Of a DNA stretch of 64,000 nucleotides, positions 61,429-64,000 are shown piece by piece. The notes beneath the pieces are model-generated. The model had not been told where the DNA came from, made no database searches, and saw only the letters and a list, made by a program, of their open reading frames with translations. The stretch covers positions 10,044,001 to 10,108,000 of the forward strand of contig NC_135260.1 in assembly GCF_964204865.1 (NCBI RefSeq), written 5' to 3'. The stretch comes from Styela clava. Its lineage: Eukaryota. The translations under genes were made by a program, and so were the position numbers. Positions within the stretch are counted from its first letter, which is position 1. Every line of letters begins with the position of its first letter.

Positions 61429-63604
61429 CTATATTCTTTGGATTTCAAAAAGTTTGACATCTGTGTCATACCAGACGGGTGGATCCACATTCCTGAACAA
61501 AAAAATTTATAAGAGGATAAAAAAAATTTAATAAAAAGGAGTATTACTAATTATCAGGGAATATTTCCAGTGGAGGGATTGAGGGGGTTAGCGCAAACAG
61601 GTTCTCGGAATGTTGCGACAATCACCAACCAGTTCTTGCTTTTTTTTTTGGAGACAGCAGCAAATGTGTAACACGCGCCGCAGCTGACATCTAGTGTTGT
61701 ACGCAGCGTTTCGAGAGATACGTATTGGATTTTTATAATCATGTCATGTTAAAGTAGCTTCCGTATTGCCATACATTAATAAATATGACATCGCGTAAAC
61801 ACATTTTCGGAATGTTGCAATAATTAGTGAACCAGTTCTCGTTTTTTTGTTTCGACGACAGCAGGCGTCAATGCTTGGCGTTTCGAAAGTTTCATGCTGA
61901 AGTAGCTTATGTATTGACATACAGTTATAGTTTGGCATGATTTTTTGGAAGGAGGAAACCTGTTGTGAGTTCGATACAAAACTTGATTCTCATCACAGGT
62001 TATTTTCAATCGATCCATACACCTTTCTACAAATGCTTTTTACTGATTTCATTTGAAAGCTTTACCTGAGATATATCACACCCCACATATAAGTTCGAAA
62101 CCAGGTCGTTGTGCCAGCATTTGCCTGATATTTTCTGATGAGAATCGGATGTGGAACAGGTAACAAACCAACAAGCGTGCCATGTTGCAGAAATTTGAGA
62201 ATTTCTGACTCATCTGTGAGGTTCCTAACAAAAAGGAATGTGAGATTGTCGAAACATATTTACATCAAAAAAATGGTCAAAACTATGAATCAATTTTCAC
62301 CAAAATATCTAAGTTATTCCTAAAGAAGCTATGCTATGTGGCATTACTATTTAGCTGAGCTGTTGTAAAACTGCAGGTCTCATGCCGGCCGGTATTTGAT
62401 GGAGAGTATTTTAATATGACATGATTATAAGCCTTCCGCTCTGAGCAAGGCTCTGCACAAAAAGTCACTACTGGGTTAGAAACTACACATAGTTTGGAAG
62501 TAACTATACACCACTTACTTATCAATGCAAATTTTTTCCACTTGAGGAACGAGTACTTGCAACATTCTCATTATTGTTTGTAAAGGTAGCTTGCTTTTCC
62601 ATGATCGAACCTAAACAAAGAATAACATTTCATAAAAGTGTTTTAGTTCAGTAGTCTCTACTCAATTTATTCCCAAATTTAAACTAAAAGTAAGTGAATT
62701 TGGCATAATGGGGTTTGACCAATATTACACCAATCCTCAATTTCAACATATAATATGCTGCATTAGTAGTCATCTCAACTGGTATGCTGCTAAAGGGTAA
62801 CTGTGCCCAAATTTGATGTTACACATAATCAAAGTAGTTGGACCAAGATGACAATAAATGTTCCGTTAGGAGTAGAGATGGATATTCGGTGCCGATTACC
62901 ACACTAAAGCCAACTGTGTATAAAGCTGCCATACGTGGGTTTGATTTTTAGGGCAGCTACTAAAGTCTTGTATTGTGAATCAAACCGAGTAAGTAAGTAA
63001 AGACTTGATCTCAGTCTCCGACTAATAAAAAAATGGTACTGTGTAATAAGATCTATTGAATATTTGTTATAAAAATTTTAAGGGCAAAAAAGTGAAACAT
63101 GGACATAGTATTAGAAGTACAAAACACGCAAATATAACAAAAATAGAGATAAAATAGGGAAAATAAGCACGAGACAGGTGAAACAACTGGCTAGCTGCTG
63201 TTAAATGGAAAACAGTAACTTGGTGTCCTAAGTAATCAATTTCAGCATATATACAAAAATTGAACGTGCAAATGTGGATTCTAAGGTCAACTGGTAAAAT
63301 CGATCGAATTACCATTATCCCTTAAAGTTGTGTGCACAAGCTTAGAGAACTCGCAAAAATAGAATTTGGAGTCACAGCCCACTTACCCATTCAGGAGTGC
63401 AAACCCATTCCCCGGATGGGGCTTTCGCATCTGATGGTCTCTTGGGTCTTGTTGCTGCATCACTAGGCTTATTAGCTACATTATTATGAGAATTAACATT
63501 ATCAACTCCTGACTCGGTTCCGGAACTTTCTCCTTCTAATACTCTTGCGCTGTCAGATTGAGGTTGGCGATCATTTTGCATTTGTGATGTCATAGTATTA
63601 AGAT
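61429..63604 (-). CDS. HID1: HID1 domain-containing protein, last four coding exons; the 5' part lies beyond the window end
   Basis: Exons 63604-63387, 62610-62519, 62224-62066 and 61492-61429 give TPEWVRSWKSKLPLQTIMRMLQVLVPQVEKICIDKNLTDESEILKFLQHGTLVGLLPVPHPILIRKYQAN...RNVDPPVWYDTDVKLFEIQRI*. Confidence 0.96.
61595..61930. repeat. Degenerate direct duplication (about 200-bp period) in the last HID1 intron
   Basis: TCGGAATGTTGC..AACCAGTTCT..TTTTTT..GACAGCAG and AAGTAGCTT..GTATTG each occur twice. Confidence 0.6.
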
Positions 63605-64000
63605 CTGAAACGAATAATTTGTTGGTACACAAGAAGAAAAAAATTTTACATAAAAGTTCAGGGATGATCGGGTAGGTAGTAAATCCAATTATTAAATTTT
63701 ATCAGGGTTTTCCATTTTTGAGGAAAATTCCACGGAAATGGGGGAAAAGAAAAAATTTTGATGAAATCTGAAGTATGTGTGATTTTGCACTCGAAGTGCC
63801 AAGGATAGGTAATAGTGGGATAAATTAGGAAAATCAATAATACCTAACAATTCTCTATACACTATATTATAGAAATAGCTTTTTATTTCAATAAATTGCT
63901 TTGCCAGCTAAATGACTATTCAGTTGGTAATAAAAATAATAATACTAGTATTAACATAGTATATTTTCGATAGACGCATTAATTATGAAATTATATAAAT

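Noticed and set aside
63387-63430. RanBP2-type zinc finger (GEWVC)
   Set aside because: The spliced continuation is the HID1 WxxTPEW motif, with no further Cys pattern.

Overview
AT-rich eukaryotic (animal) genomic DNA with short GT-AG introns. Classic chordate-type claudins, the gene architecture and the repeat types fit a tunicate (ascidian) best; this is an inference. Most short ORFs in the supplied track are noise or single exons. Splicing by hand gives nine protein-coding genes: two tandem claudins (-), CCDC181 (-), a 5-exon divergent IL-17-like secreted cytokine (+), a 3-exon 107-aa signal-peptide protein ending in TDEL (+), a 9-exon secreted Ly6/uPAR-Sushi-vWA protein (-), intronless HS1BP3 (+), intronless PRMT5 (-) and the last four coding exons of HID1 (-). 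Repeats include seven tRNA-derived SINE copies, all in CCDC181 introns; four GG-terminal MITEs with 8-bp target duplications; several hAT and pogo-like MITEs; and a 2-kb piggyBac derivative. The top leads are the hidden IL-17-like gene (kappaB-like upstream cluster, optional basic tail exon), the orphan ER microprotein, the MIDAS-defective LU-CCP-vWA protein, and HS1BP3 apparently sitting inside a decayed hAT transposon. All family assignments come from recalled motifs, not database searches.
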